DNA from: Haliotis rufescens
Lineage: Eukaryota
Assembly (NCBI RefSeq): GCF_023055435.1
Contig: NW_025963846.1
Coordinates: 8,494,001 to 8,558,000 of the forward strand
Direction of reading: 5' to 3'
DNA length: 64,000 bases
The position numbers were made by a program, and so were the translations under genes. The notes under the pieces are model-generated. The model ran no database searches. It was not told the DNA's origin and worked only from the letters and a program-made list of their open reading frames with translations. Shown piece after piece: positions 1 to 11,956 of this stretch (the stretch's first letter is position 1; every line of letters starts with the position of its first letter).

Positions 1-8
1 ATGTGAAT

Positions 9-146
9 ATACAACGTCCACGACAGACAATAACCAGTCTCGATTCTCCGCCGGAACTTATTCCATTGGGCGTAAAAGGTAAAATAGCGGTGAAAATTAT
101 ATGAAATGGTCACTGAAAATAAATGATGACACCAGGTGTTCGCGAT
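9..146 (-). mobile_element. Family C (subtype C1) dispersed repeat, probably Penelope-associated
   Basis: Reverse complement contains gcgaacacctggtgtcatc and cactga-ttt-tcagtg-like and ttttacgcccaatgg-like segments. These also occur at 320-455, 33845-33965, 35660-35750, 38100-38280 and 49345-49500. Confidence 0.65.
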
Positions 147-319
147 GGCTAATTGTTTCATGTTTATGCACACAATCATGATGAATATCTCTTGCAGCTG
201 CAGCATGAGTATTGTGTCATGCTTGTATTGGATTTGCGGATGCGTTGCTGTAGAGGATGATGTTGTGCTGGCCCTTGGTTGGCGTTTTGGCTGACGATAA
301 AGGTGTTGCTCTTGACGTT

Positions 320-455
320 GCTTTTCGCAAACGCCTGGTGTCATCCTTGGATTTTAGTGATCCATTTATATAATTGTCACCGCAATTTTGCCTTTTACGC
401 CCAATGGTATTTGTTTTGGACGATAAAATTGTTTCTTCTGGTGTTGACTTTACAT
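320..455 (+). mobile_element. Family C1 dispersed repeat, inverted relative to the copy at 9-146
   Basis: cttttcgcaaacgcctggtgtcatc...ttttacgcccaatgg...ttgac matches the other C1 copies. Confidence 0.6.
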
Positions 456-2553
456 ATATTTGACGTTGTCTGGCGATTGCGATGACGTTACGTTGGTGTT
501 GTATAAGTGATGGTTTAGTTTGGTGTTGGCGTCAGTGTTGGATGTTGCATTGGTGCTGGTACTGCTTCAGTGGTAGTGCAACGTTGGTGATAAAGTTAGG
601 CTGGTATTGGTGTTAATGTTGTAAATGTGAGTGTAGGTTTGGCGTTGGCGTTTGAATGGTGTCGTTATGACTCTGGTGTCTACCTTTATGAAGATGTTTT
701 TGGTGTTTCGCTCCTTTATATCAAGGTACACATACACTATCGTTTCAGGCAGCCTTAATGTGTTCCTTTGTAATGGAAAAAAGCATACTCATGCGATATC
801 ACACAGACATTTGTCACCGACGTTGTTGTCTATTACTCGTATTGTTCTGCACCGTCAATATTGTAGAATTCATCACCCGTGTTAGTCATTTCCATCTTAA
901 CAAGACAAAACAGGGTCGAGGGTTGAACAAGATTGTTATCAACAAAACGTGACGCGTTAAAAGATGTTTACTAAGATCGGTTTAACAAATCAAAGTAAAT
1001 ATGCACAATGCACAATGTCAGGATTAATCAATTTCAAGAAATTTCGCACAGTTTTAAATAGCCGAAATTTTCTTGATAGTTGCCCTTGCTCATGGTTAAA
1101 TATCAAATGTGCAGCAAAACACGTGTTCAGCTCACAAAAACAACCTGAAACAAGAAAAATGTCAGCATACATCATTATATCACAATTTCGCACAATCATG
1201 AAACATGCTTTTTCTCTTCAAGTCCCCTTTTTATATTACGCTGATATATTTCCGTTCTTCGGAGAGCTATTTCAGTGTTATAAGGGGAAGTCATTTCAAA
1301 GACATTTAACACAGGTGTTCAAAATACCTATCGTGCATCACTTCTTGACCCGGACCTTGGCTCTGCAGCGGTAATTAATGACTAGCAATACCAATGAAAT
1401 TTCACACAGGGGCTCAAAGGACATTTGCAAAATGGCTTCTTTGCCTTGGACCTTTTGCTGTGTATCAATCCAAACAAAATCAATGTTTATTAATGACAAA
1501 TCATGACATGGAAATTCCCCACGGGGCCCCAAGTGCTTAAAGACTCTTTACCTTTACTGCAGTCCCTAATAAATATAGTCCCCTGTCAACGTAAACCTGT
1601 ATACAAACGCGTCTTGTTGGTCTAATTAAAGACAACAGATTGTGGACGATTCACACGGACTGTCTAAATACTTACAGCACGGGTTAGCATAACTGGCCAC
1701 TGGTTACCTAAATCGTCCGTTGGGAGCGTTACACGATGTAGCCCATGTGTACCAAATGCAATGCCACTGTCTTAATTGAAGAAACAAAGTTTTATTTAGC
1801 TGGAGGTGCGATTGCTGATGATTGATCAGATGAGGGAAATGGGTGTAGATGATGGTCCATGTTTTCCAAGACTGTAGCGTTAGATGTGACTGGACAATAT
1901 TTGGTCTGTCAACCGGTGAAAGTTTCTGTTGACCGCTGCTCAGATGGCGTACATTCCAGCCCAGGCGAATGTTGCTGACTCGTGTACCCTTACATCGTCG
2001 GCAATGTTCCCGAAACATGTGTCCCTCGCAACCAGACATGTAATTAGACAATGTAGATCTTACAAAGGTGACAATATGTGTTCAAACGTTGATGATGCAC
2101 TGAGCAAAGAGTGAATCACATCCTCAGGCGTTGGGCATCTTCATATAAGTGTGTATTTGACAAACCTAAATCCTGGTTTAGGAGTCTGCGTATGCGAGGA
2201 ATTGCCAAATATGAACCCCAACTAAATTCAATTGCTATTTTGATAAAGATTTCCAAAGTTATTTGTATTTGGAGATATAAAACATTTGCCGATAGTTTGT
2301 ATTATGACCAAGATGTGGAAGGTTTAATGAAAGTGATTGACATTCTAAAAGTGCATCTAAATATCCCTTCATATTTTCAGAATGTACAGCGTGTAACATG
2401 AAATGGTGTTGTTTATGGGGAAAACTAATTGGTATGTTTCATACATAGCTAGATTTATGGAATAATACGTCTCTGGTTCAGATTCTTGCAAGTACAAAAC
2501 ACCTCACTTGTAAAGTATAGAGCAATAATGTTATTTCAGTTGATGTAAATGCT

Positions 2554-2595
<42 letters not shown>
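2554..2595 (+). repeat. (TCTA)n microsatellite
   Basis: About 10 perfect units. Confidence 0.95.
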
Positions 2596-2985
2596 ACAAA
2601 TGTACAATGTGGTTTGATAGAAAGCATTCTAAATTTGTACAGCAAGCGAGGAATATACTATTCACATTCAAATCGGTCGTTATTAAAATATTAGTAGGGT
2701 TTTGAAACGACGTTAAGTGAGAATGTGAAATTATGATATTGAAGTTGAACATTTACTGCAAAAAGAGATATATTCCTTGATAAACGTACTGGGTCACCAA
2801 GTGTACTTAACGAAGTGCTATCCTCCGGTCCATGGTCAGGGGTACATTTCAAGGTATCGATGTAGTTATTATTACTTTCTGTCACACTGAGATTATGTAA
2901 ACGTCGGGGGATGCACGAACGCTATACCGGTAAAAACTTAATTTGAGTTTGTAGACACCCAAATTTGGTTTTGAATGATTTTGTG

Positions 2986-3238
2986 TTTGTTTGTTTGTTT
3001 GTTTGTTTGTTGTTTAACGCCGCACCCAGTAATATTCCAGCTATATGACGGCGGTCATATACAGACAATACACCGATGGATGAGCATCGATCCACAAAAC
3101 TGGGATACGATAACATGCATCAACCAAGTAAGTGAGCCTGACCACCCAGTCCCGTTAGTCTCCTAACGCAAGCATCGTCGCCTTAAACGGCAAGCATGGG
3201 TTGCTGAAGACCTATTCTACCCCGGATCTTCACGGGTC
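2986..3238 (-). mobile_element. Family D non-autonomous retroposon, full length
   Basis: Perfect 13-bp target-site duplication GAATGATTTTGTG (2973-2985 and 3239-3251). (CAAA)n tail. Head GACCCGTGAAGATCCGGGG lacks tRNA A and B boxes. Confidence 0.85.
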
Positions 3239-3245
3239 GAATGAT

Positions 3246-3415
3246 TTTGTGACGGGCGCCTCCGGTCGGGCAGGATGCGCTCACCTTTTCGTGAACACCT
3301 GGTATCATCACTATTTGATACTGATTCTTATGATGCAGTTAGAATCGTACAATCGACTCTGCTTTTGGCAGCAGAGACTTCTTATAATATTGGGAAAGGT
3401 TTTCTTGATATTATT
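3246..3415 (+). mobile_element. Family C (subtype C2) dispersed repeat
   Basis: Core gtgacgggcgcc...gcaggatgcgctcaccttttcgtgaacacctggtatcatcac followed by a C2 flank. Similar sequence at 17600-17790, 20445-20545, 24869-25200 and 29790-29935. Confidence 0.7.
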
Positions 3416-5091
3416 ATCATGTACAGAGGCAAAGAGGGTTTGGGTGATCCTGGCACAGTCAGGCTGGTTAGGCTCATCATCAGCTCAGGGCCCTTGTCCC
3501 TTCTACACGCAGCCGAGACAGCGAATTGGACTTCTCCCAGGAAGCGCTGCCTAGTCAAACCCACCGAGAACCTTTAGGAGAATGTGAAGACTCTCAAACA
3601 CTACAGCCTTCTGCATTACCCAGAAAACCCGGGTATACTCCTCCAATGTCAGTCAACAGATTAGGAGGTACAAAACCTAAGACATCGAGAACAATGGGGA
3701 GTCGGATAATTTGGTACTTGGGATGAAAGCGTGACATTTCGAAAGCGAGGTCCGCATATTTGCCATCATGTCGCTTAAGATACTGTGTTTGTGCCCTTTA
3801 ATTCATTGCATAATCAACATTTCATATTAACATTTTGACGCAAAATCTCACATGGATGGTTTCTGTTTCACTTTTCAGGCCAGCCGACTGAACCTAAGCG
3901 AAGGACTTGGGTTGCAGGGTTGCTGTTAAAAAATACAACGTTTCTCCTGATGCAATATACTTCCAAGCGATCCCACGCAAGGCGTAGTGAATCACGGAGA
4001 TATTCGCGAGATCACGTACACGTATCACAGCAGCAGGGTCAACGAGACTATCCAGACGTTTATACAGAAGGAACGTGATGAGGGTCGTTGACACGAGAAT
4101 CCTTGCTTCACGTATATGTACAATCGTCAGCATATTTCAGCCAGCGCCTAAGTATTTTTGGCGAAGCAAACACAAGGTTCAATTCGATGAAAATCAATGC
4201 ATATACTGATGTGATGTCACGCCCGCATGCAGTGTATTGTTTGTGAGTGTGTTGACAAGGGACAAATCGGGCCATCTGCATGTTGACAAGAATGCATGTT
4301 GATTTTTTAAAAGTTTCTCTGTCATATTTTTACAAAATGTATAATCCAATACGTTTGATTGATCGCCGATGGACAGGGGGATCTTAGTAAGTATAAGTTA
4401 AAACATACCATCATGGTGACGTCACAGTATGGCAAAGCAACAATGTAACGTCACTTTTTAACTGTGACATCATGAAGGAGATTTGTCTCTCCTTACTGGC
4501 GGTACATCTTATCAACTGCAAATGTAACATATAGGTCGTGATTTTATTTATATGTTGTTCGTGTATACAAAAATGGTGCGGTAGCAAATAATTCAGATGA
4601 ATCCAAATAGATATCTTTAAGACAAAGTCAAATATCTACTTTATTTACAAATTCAAACACTGTTGGCGTAACTGATGCTTTATCTTGTTATCATACAATG
4701 AATCATCCCCCGTATCCTTTGATAACACATATGTCAACAACGTTTTAAAGTGTAGCAAACACAGAAGCTCTCTGCTGACTGTGTATGAGTGAGTGATTAT
4801 GGAGTTACCATCTGCACTGGGGATTATATGCTATATACATGTAGAACCGCCAATCACGTTCCGGGTCCCCTTCTACAAAGCTCTAAGACGATCGTAACTC
4901 CGATAATTTAACATTGGGCAACCAGCAACACTGAGGTATTATGTGGCCTGAACAATCTATCAAATGCATATTTGAAAAGTTGAAATGCTTTGTCCTAAAG
5001 CCGAATTGCAGTGTAGGTCCATAGTTTGTCCAAAGGTTACATCATGTCCCGCATTATTGCCTCACACTATTTTATTTATAATATTAACATA

Positions 5092-5266
5092 CAGTCAACT
5101 ACGGTTATAACGAACCCAAAGGTACCATTAAGTTTAGTTTGTTATAACCGTAGTTCGTTATAAGCATATATACACCATATATATAGAACAAATGGACGGG
5201 ACCAAAAGCAGTTTGTTATATACATCAGTTCCTTATAAGCGTGTTCGTTATAAACGTAGTTTACTG
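5092..5266. mobile_element. pogo/Tigger-like MITE
   Basis: 24-bp TIRs CAGTCAACTACGGTTATAACGAAC / GTTCGTTATAAACGTAGTTTACTG with 2 mismatches, flanked by TA on both sides. Confidence 0.8.
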
Positions 5267-5320
5267 TATATACTGTGTACCACTGGGAGTTGTTTTTTGT
5301 GAAATACAGAACGTGAACAT

Positions 5321-5483
5321 GAGTGATGGGTTGGTTTGAAACCGAATTTATCCATATTCCAGCAATATTAGGTCGGGGAACACCAGAAATGGATTTCAAA
5401 CTTTGTACCCAAATGGGGAATCGAACCCGGACCTTCGGCGTGACGAGTCTACATTTTAACCACTGGACTACCCTACCGCACCA
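5321..5483 (-). mobile_element. SINE family A (tRNA-Asp-like head), diverged
   Basis: Reverse complement matches the family A copy at 19325-19493. Confidence 0.8.
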
Positions 5484-5744
5484 CATGAACATTGCCTGAC
5501 TACACTCGCAGGGCTAAGAAAACGTTGTGGCGGGGTGCCCACATGGTCAGCACTTCTGCCGTTATCCCCGTGGTGTAAATGTAAATGCTTGTTACCTGTA
5601 TATAGTGGAACCTAGTGTTGGTAGGTAGCTCATCGTACAAGGTAGAACCTTTAGGGTCTTATACGGGTTGGCTAGAAAAGTAATCGTTCTTATGAACAAG
5701 ATGTCAAGGGACGTTCTTCGTACTGATAGAAGAGTTGGTCGGGT

Positions 5745-5865
5745 GGCTTGGAGCCTTAGTCCAGTGGTTACAGCATCGATCTTGACGCCAGAGACTCAGG
5801 TTCGATTTCCCAGTTGGGTACAATGTCGGAAGCCTATCCTTGGTGTACGCTGACGATTGCTGGAG
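5745..5865 (+). mobile_element. SINE family A, highly degenerate
   Basis: ccagtggttacagc...ggttcgatttccc...gggtacaatgt...ggtgt. Confidence 0.55.
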
Positions 5866-6199
5866 TGAGTGAGTGAGTTTGTTTATATTTAGTGTGGGGG
5901 AAAGCCTAAAGAGATGCAGGTCGTGGACGTTACCACATGTATTGTTCTGACAAGGATAAGAATCGGCGCTAGCGCCTCGTTAATAACTGAAATACTCATC
6001 CACACGGCGTCAAATGAAAGATTGAATCTCCTTTCCGTTCCTCTGTTGATGAATAACACACAGGAACAGACACCAAAATGTCGAAATGATCACCGTCCAA
6101 ATACCAGATCGATCTTCAGTGTATATATATCATGAAGGGTTTTGACAAGCACTAATATCTAGACTCTGTCTTCTGTGTATAAACCTGAAAAAATCACAT

Positions 6200-6320
6200 G
6201 TTCGAGAAAAGGTGAGCGTATCCTGCCAAAACTATGGCACCCGTCATAAGCACACGAAAAGGCAAGTCAAGTGGTCACCTGAAAACACCCACGGGAGTCA
6301 AAATAGGGAATGGCATCGGA
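6200..6320 (-). mobile_element. Family C core plus upstream part
   Basis: aaaggtgagcgtatcctgcc...gcacccgtca is shared with 25490-25610 and 41415-41525. Confidence 0.65.
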
Positions 6321-6619
6321 CATTTTTGTCACTGATGCGTCCAATTTGGAAACATACCTCATACTGTAGCGCTCTTTTTTCTTCCGATCGGTACATATGC
6401 GTTTTCATTTTTGCTGAAAAAAATAACATAACAATGTTTCATATTTGGGCAGTGGAATTTGGAAACCCTGTAAGAATTGAAGGTGTGTCCTCGCCTGTAA
6501 GACGGGAACATAATGTTCAGGGCCACGCAATAAGTCAATAAACAAACATGTTTAACATGATATGGTGTCGTATATACGGTGTTAGTGTTTAGACAAACAT
6601 GTTTTGATTCACAGAAAGG

Positions 6620-7100
6620 ATTTTGAAAGGCAACTGCTAAAAACTGACAATTGACATTATTCAGAATAAAAACCATACCATCCTTCCAGAGAGCCGTTAT
6701 TGAGTGTGCCTTTCCCAGTCACCGCGAGACTACAACGCATTCCACAGTTTGAATGGCGGAAATACGGACCTATTTTTTCTCTCCTTAATTAAACACACGA
6801 GTCAGTGTTTGAGTCTAGCATAGGATGCCCATGGATGCAATTATATTGCCGATTCCTGACGTGACAGAGACGCTTGGAATATAATTATCTTACCGCTCTG
6901 TCGGCTTCACGAAGGCGGGTCTGTTGGATGAGAACAGGAGATTTGTGATTCGAAAACCTGGGCACCTGCTTCCTGCGAGGCATATTTGGAGTTTTGTAAT
7001 GACTGCTGAATAAGTCCGACTGGTTCAACGGACAAATAACATGCTGTTGTTGTCTTGTTTTGTAATATCCTTGATAACGTTTTCTTGCGAACGAGGAATT
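6620..7100 (-). pseudogene. Decayed Mutator-like (MULE) transposase fragment
   Basis: Frameshifted minus-strand peptides ACY..LNQS, PAFVKP, FPPFKLWN and NNGSLEGWY occur in the order expected for the MULE motifs GCxFH, ALAFVP, FPPxLWN and RTNNxLEGWH. Confidence 0.45.
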
Positions 7101-8175
7101 GAATTTAATGCACCAACGAACATTGCAAAGACACGTATTAAACAGGTCATATAAATCCATTGCGAAATTAATGTTGTCACGACAAGTCAGACACACGTTT
7201 GTCGGGATGGTATCAAGAAAGAGTGAAGTTTACAGTTCCTGAAAATGTATATTTGAAAAATGCACATTTTAATATCCTTAGCTTTAGCAGTGTGTGATAT
7301 TGGTGTGCTTATGTTGGTAAGTTGGTAAGTTGGTAAGTTAAATCTACCCTCCTCCATGAAGTCAAAACTGAAATACAAACAAGAAACGTGTGACATATAG
7401 TCAGGTGGTCTAATGTTTCGATAAAACCAGAAAAAAATATGGCACAATTGTCAAAGGTACAAGAAGATTGGAATTGATCAGAATGACGTCAAGAAATGCA
7501 GGTATTAGTTCCAGTGCAACATACTGTTCAACTTTATGACATACCCAGAAAGTGAGTACAAGCCTGACACAGATACTCCTCGTCATATACTTTTTACTTT
7601 ACTTTTACGTTGCCTCAACAAACAAACCTTTCTGTTTCTTGTAGACTTGCGGACATGATTCAACTGTTTATGCAGTGTTCAACGACCTTCACGAAGAAAA
7701 CAGTTCCTGCCGCAAGTCACAGAAATCCTGAGATATGATGTTTTTTAACATTCCGAGTGTAAGATTGTCGCCAGTTTCTCCAATTTTAACGGCTGTGTTG
7801 GCTTGTCAAATATTAATTTTGAGACCTAAATGTATTGATCTGTTCAAGGAGGAAGCATACCACAATCGCGTGATTATTTACATGTCGAGCTAATATTATT
7901 CATAATGGTTGCCAGTTGAACAATAGTTGAACAATCATTATTTGCATTAGTAGTTAGCGTGCCGCTGTTTAACGGACTTCACAGCAGAGCAATGTAACAT
8001 GTATTTGTCTTGTTTTCTGTTGTTTGAAAAGAATCTAGAGGAGAGAGGAAAAATGCATGTGGAACATCTTGTCATATTTGTACAACGGAGGAGGTGTACA
8101 ACAAGCCCACTCGATGCGCAATACAAAATTGTACAACGAAGTCAAACAACGACTCAAACAACAGTTTACAACAAG

Positions 8176-8460
8176 GGTGGGGTGAGGGGAAATGGTTTGA
8201 CGTCGCGTTCAACATTATTGCACTTGAATAGCGACGTACATTCACGTGTGTGTGTGTGGCTGCTTGTACTAGTATGGACTTAGGCCACTTTTAGTGCTAA
8301 CCCACTGAGACGTCATGCCGCAGTTTAACATTGATACTCCGTCAAGACACATTTTACTGACTATGATCAGACCAGTCTTTCTTTCATCCCTTTAAACCGA
8401 GCAGGGTAACAACAGATTCCATCTTTTAAAAAGACATGCAATGCGTCATGCTATATTGGA
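8176..8460 (-). mobile_element. SINE family E body and tail, degenerate, head not recognisable
   Basis: Matches the E copies at 32123-32447 and 40085-40399 (ttattgcactt, tagtgctaac, cactgaga, catgccgcagtttaacat). Confidence 0.7.
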
Positions 8461-9194
8461 CGACTCTTACAGTCCACCCTGGTTGTCATGACAAAGAAAA
8501 ATATGGCATTATTACCAGGGAGGTGAAAAACAGACTTAACTGGCAAGATCTTTAGACGATTGAATAAGAACCAAGACATTCCATTCAGTCGAAGCTATTT
8601 ATTCTAACATGACCTTATCATATACACTGCCAGCTCTGGGGTCAAATGTGGACAATTTAAATTAGATGAAAAAGGTCTTTGACATAAGTCTGCCAAGAGC
8701 CTGATAATTGCGCCAGTGTGTCAATCAAGTCTGACCACTGCCCCATCTTGGGAGAGTCATGTGAGTATGAAGGGACATACAATACGACATACACGATTTA
8801 GGACAGACACATACAAACAATCATTCAACATTGTGCAACAAAGACATATCCAGTGAGTAAAACAACATTTCATTACGGCTTTATATAAACTGACCAATCG
8901 CCGCCTTGTTACATGTATATAATATAGAAGTCAATCGGCCGCCATGCTCTAACATCATGACGTCAGTAGGATTGTGATGACGTCACATACCCACCACGTC
9001 ACAACTGACTGAACAATAAATCATCGAACATTTATGTAAACTGCTGTAGGAGTCTTCAGTTGGATGTTGGCTTCACGCGCTGAACCTTCAGGCACAAGAT
9101 AAACACAGAAACAGCTCGCAGTAGAAGCACGCTTTACTTTGCTATAGCTGTAGCTGTTGCTGAACAATATCTAGTCTCTATACAAAATCTCAGG

Positions 9195-9260
9195 CACCCC
9201 ACCCCACCCCACCCAACCCCACCCCACCCCACCCCACCCCACCCCACCCCACCCCATCCC
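9195..9260 (+). repeat. (CACCC)n microsatellite
   Basis: About 13 near-perfect units. Reads (GGGGT)n on the minus strand. Confidence 0.95.
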
Positions 9261-9280
9261 GTAATAGATGGTTGGTCCCT

Positions 9281-9559
9281 ATGTGAATAAGTTGGGTTTA
9301 ACGCCGCTTTTAACAGATTTCCAGTTATATCACGGCGTGTCAGCTTAATGTGGGAGGAAAGCCCGAAGCGATGCAGGTCTCAGACGTTTACCACTCCGGT
9401 GAAACCCAAGAGCACGGGTATGGGGCTGACAAACCTAGAAACATAATCGGGGCGAACCGGGATTCGAACCCACAATCATAGGTTTCTGGCGTGCCCAAGG
9501 GACGCAACTCTGCACAGCGAATATGCGGCGCCTTAGACGACTGGGCCACCCGTGCCCCC
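9281..9559 (-). mobile_element. SINE family B (tRNA-Leu-like head), full length
   Basis: Reverse complement of the 55932-56210 copy. Probable 11-bp TSD GGTTG(G/C)TCCCT at 9270-9280 and 9560-9570. Confidence 0.85.
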
Positions 9560-9610
9560 GGTTGCTCCCTGAAGTAATAATGTTGATATGCCCCATGGGC
9601 ATATGGGATG

Positions 9611-9930
9611 GACCCCATTGAGATTCTGGGTTAGATTAGGTCCTCAGCAACCTATGCAAGACTTTAGAGGCGACCAAATGGATCGGATGCTGAGGATCAG
9701 TGACTTGGTTCATGGCGTGTCCTCCTCCCTCCAATGGCGTGGATCGTTGCTCGCAATATCGATCACTGGGTCCCGTTCCACAAAGCGATCGTAGCGGTAA
9801 GACGATCGTAACTCCCATACTTTAACATAGACTTACGACAGTCTTAGCGCTTTGTGGAACGGGGCCCTGAATTGTCTGGTCTCGATTATTTACAGACCAC
9901 CGTCATACAGTTGGAATATTGCTGAGTGCA
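9611..9930 (+). mobile_element. Family D retroposon, diverged, interrupted by a MITE
   Basis: Head gaccccattgagattctgggttagattaggtcctcagcaacc and tail gtcatacagttggaatattgctgagtgc. Confidence 0.7.
9769..9866. mobile_element. 98-bp MITE with CTG target duplication (PIF/Harbinger-like)
   Basis: 19-bp TIRs GGTCCCGTTCCACAAAGCG / CGCTTTGTGGAACGGGGCC with CTG on both sides. Partial sibling at about 4864-4915. Confidence 0.75.
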
Positions 9931-10124
9931 ATATGTATGTATATATGTTTGTATGAATGTATATTTTTCACCGGTATTTTGTCTTTTACGCCAAATGAAA
10001 TCAGTTTCCGTGGATAATTGAGACTGGATATTATCTGGCGTTGACGTTTGATACTCATTGTATTCGGATTACTGTCGATATTTCATATTGTCTATAGTAA
10101 AATGTGCTATTCAGACATACAGTT

Positions 10125-10322
10125 GGGGTACGGGTGGTCAAATCGTAAGGTGCCGTTTCTCGCTGTGCAGAGCTGGCACCTAAGAAACCCATGATCGTGA
10201 GTAGCGCTTATTGTTTCTAGGTTTGTCAGCACCATCGTTGTGCCCGTGTCACCAAAATCATAAATGGTGAGGTGAAATGGGGTTTAACGCCTCCACGATT
10301 ATTGCACTTTTAGAGCGACGTT
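10125..10322. mobile_element. Degenerate SINE B (plus strand) followed by a SINE E tail fragment (minus strand)
   Basis: cgctgtgcagag and gtttctaggtttgtcagcacc, then ggtgaggtgaaatggggtttaacg...ttattgcactt. Confidence 0.55.
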
Positions 10323-11703
10323 CAAACTGACATAGGGTAACTCATTCACTCACTCACTCCATAAGACGCCCACTGTTTCCTTGTACATTCCTCCTCACCT
10401 ACGTAACGGATCATCTCTTAAGCTCATTAACATAAACAAATTTCTTTACAGACGAAAAAGACGTCATAGAAAATGTTTTGGTTTGGTGATGTAAAGTATT
10501 AATGTTGAAAGTATTTTAATCCGTTCCATTTTTCTCTATACCTCCAGACTCTAACATTACACATTCATGTTCAGACGGAGTGAAAGAGCAAAGTTTGGAG
10601 ATGCAAGTACGGATTGTGCACGATGTATATGTCAAATATGGCACATATTTTATACAACAATAACCGCTATGAAAAAGAATACAGTGATATATACACTTAC
10701 ATACAGCAACACATTCACACGATACATGGGTTCCCCAGCCATCCAAACATTGCACAACTGTGAGAGATATTTGTCCGGCCTACACTCAGCGAGGATTAGA
10801 CGCTTGTTAAACGGCTGCTGTAACTATCGCAAACTTGCCACCTGATTACGAATACAATATGCAAATATGATGACGTCATCTGACCTTGTTAAGAACCGAG
10901 GCTTAAGCACGCGTTAATGTTTCCAAGGTTCTGACTTAGCCCAATAGCGCTCCAGCCAAAATAGTTTTTGCAATCCTTGTTTTTTTTAATTCCATTTGTT
11001 CCTTTTTGGATGTTTTAACTGGAGGGAACAAATAAAAAAGGACAGCGTTTTTATTGGAAAAGGCTAAAGGATTGACAGGTTTTGTCACGCTAGTCAACAA
11101 GTTCCACCAGACAATTTAATGAACTGATTGTTTGATCAGACAAGTTCATTCCCACTAATGTTTGAGACAAATATGAGTCAGTTTAAATGTTGACAGAGAA
11201 ATGAGCTCTTATTACTTGCTAATCTGTCACATATATAAGAACGCGGCCCGGAATACGAAAGTCAACCAATAAAAAGGTCATAACTGTTTGGACATTTGCA
11301 CGTGAAACAATCGAGGGCGGAATGTGTTTATTGAATGTGTTCATCTTTTTTGTCTTTTATCACACAACAAACACACCGCACTTATAGATCCCAGATCCAC
11401 ATAACATTTAACGCCCGACTGGGTCATTGTTTTACATTGTTGCAAGGACACATTTTATAAAATAATATAGTAAACTTGGAAAAAGATGAAGGCCAAATCA
11501 ATCAAAAGACTGGGCGAATGAGCCCAATTTTAGACAGCTTTAAGCAATACTCTAGCTATATCATCACAACACGGTACACCAGACCTGTGATTCACCCGGA
11601 TCTTTGGCGAGTCGAAGATTCTCACCACTCGGTTAGCCCCAGACACAAAAATAGGAATCAAGAAGTATAACATACTTTTAGTATTTTACTCATTTGGGTG
11701 AAT

Positions 11704-11873
11704 GTGAGTGAGTGAGTGAGTTTGATTTTACGCCGCTTTTAGCAATATTCCAGCAATATCACGGCGGGGGACACCAGAAATGGGCTTCACACATTGTACC
11801 CATGTCGGGAATCGAACCCGGGTCTTCGGCGTGACGAGCGAACGCTTTAACCACTAGGCTACCCGACCAACCC
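11704..11873 (-). mobile_element. SINE family A, full length, young
   Basis: Near-identical reverse complement of 19325-19493, with an intact B box and an (ACTC)n tail. Confidence 0.9.
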
Positions 11874-11956
11874 AAAAGGTAATGTCCTGCCAGGTTAAAA
11901 CATACATGAAAAATATCATTAGTTTTTGTTAAAAGAGTGCTGCTGGCGATGTAGAC

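Noticed and set aside
8500-8760. Possible LINE endonuclease relic (SDHCPIL), and similarly PTENKNVLDVF near 30370-30400 on the minus strand
   Set aside because: Single short motifs only, too weak to call without a profile search.
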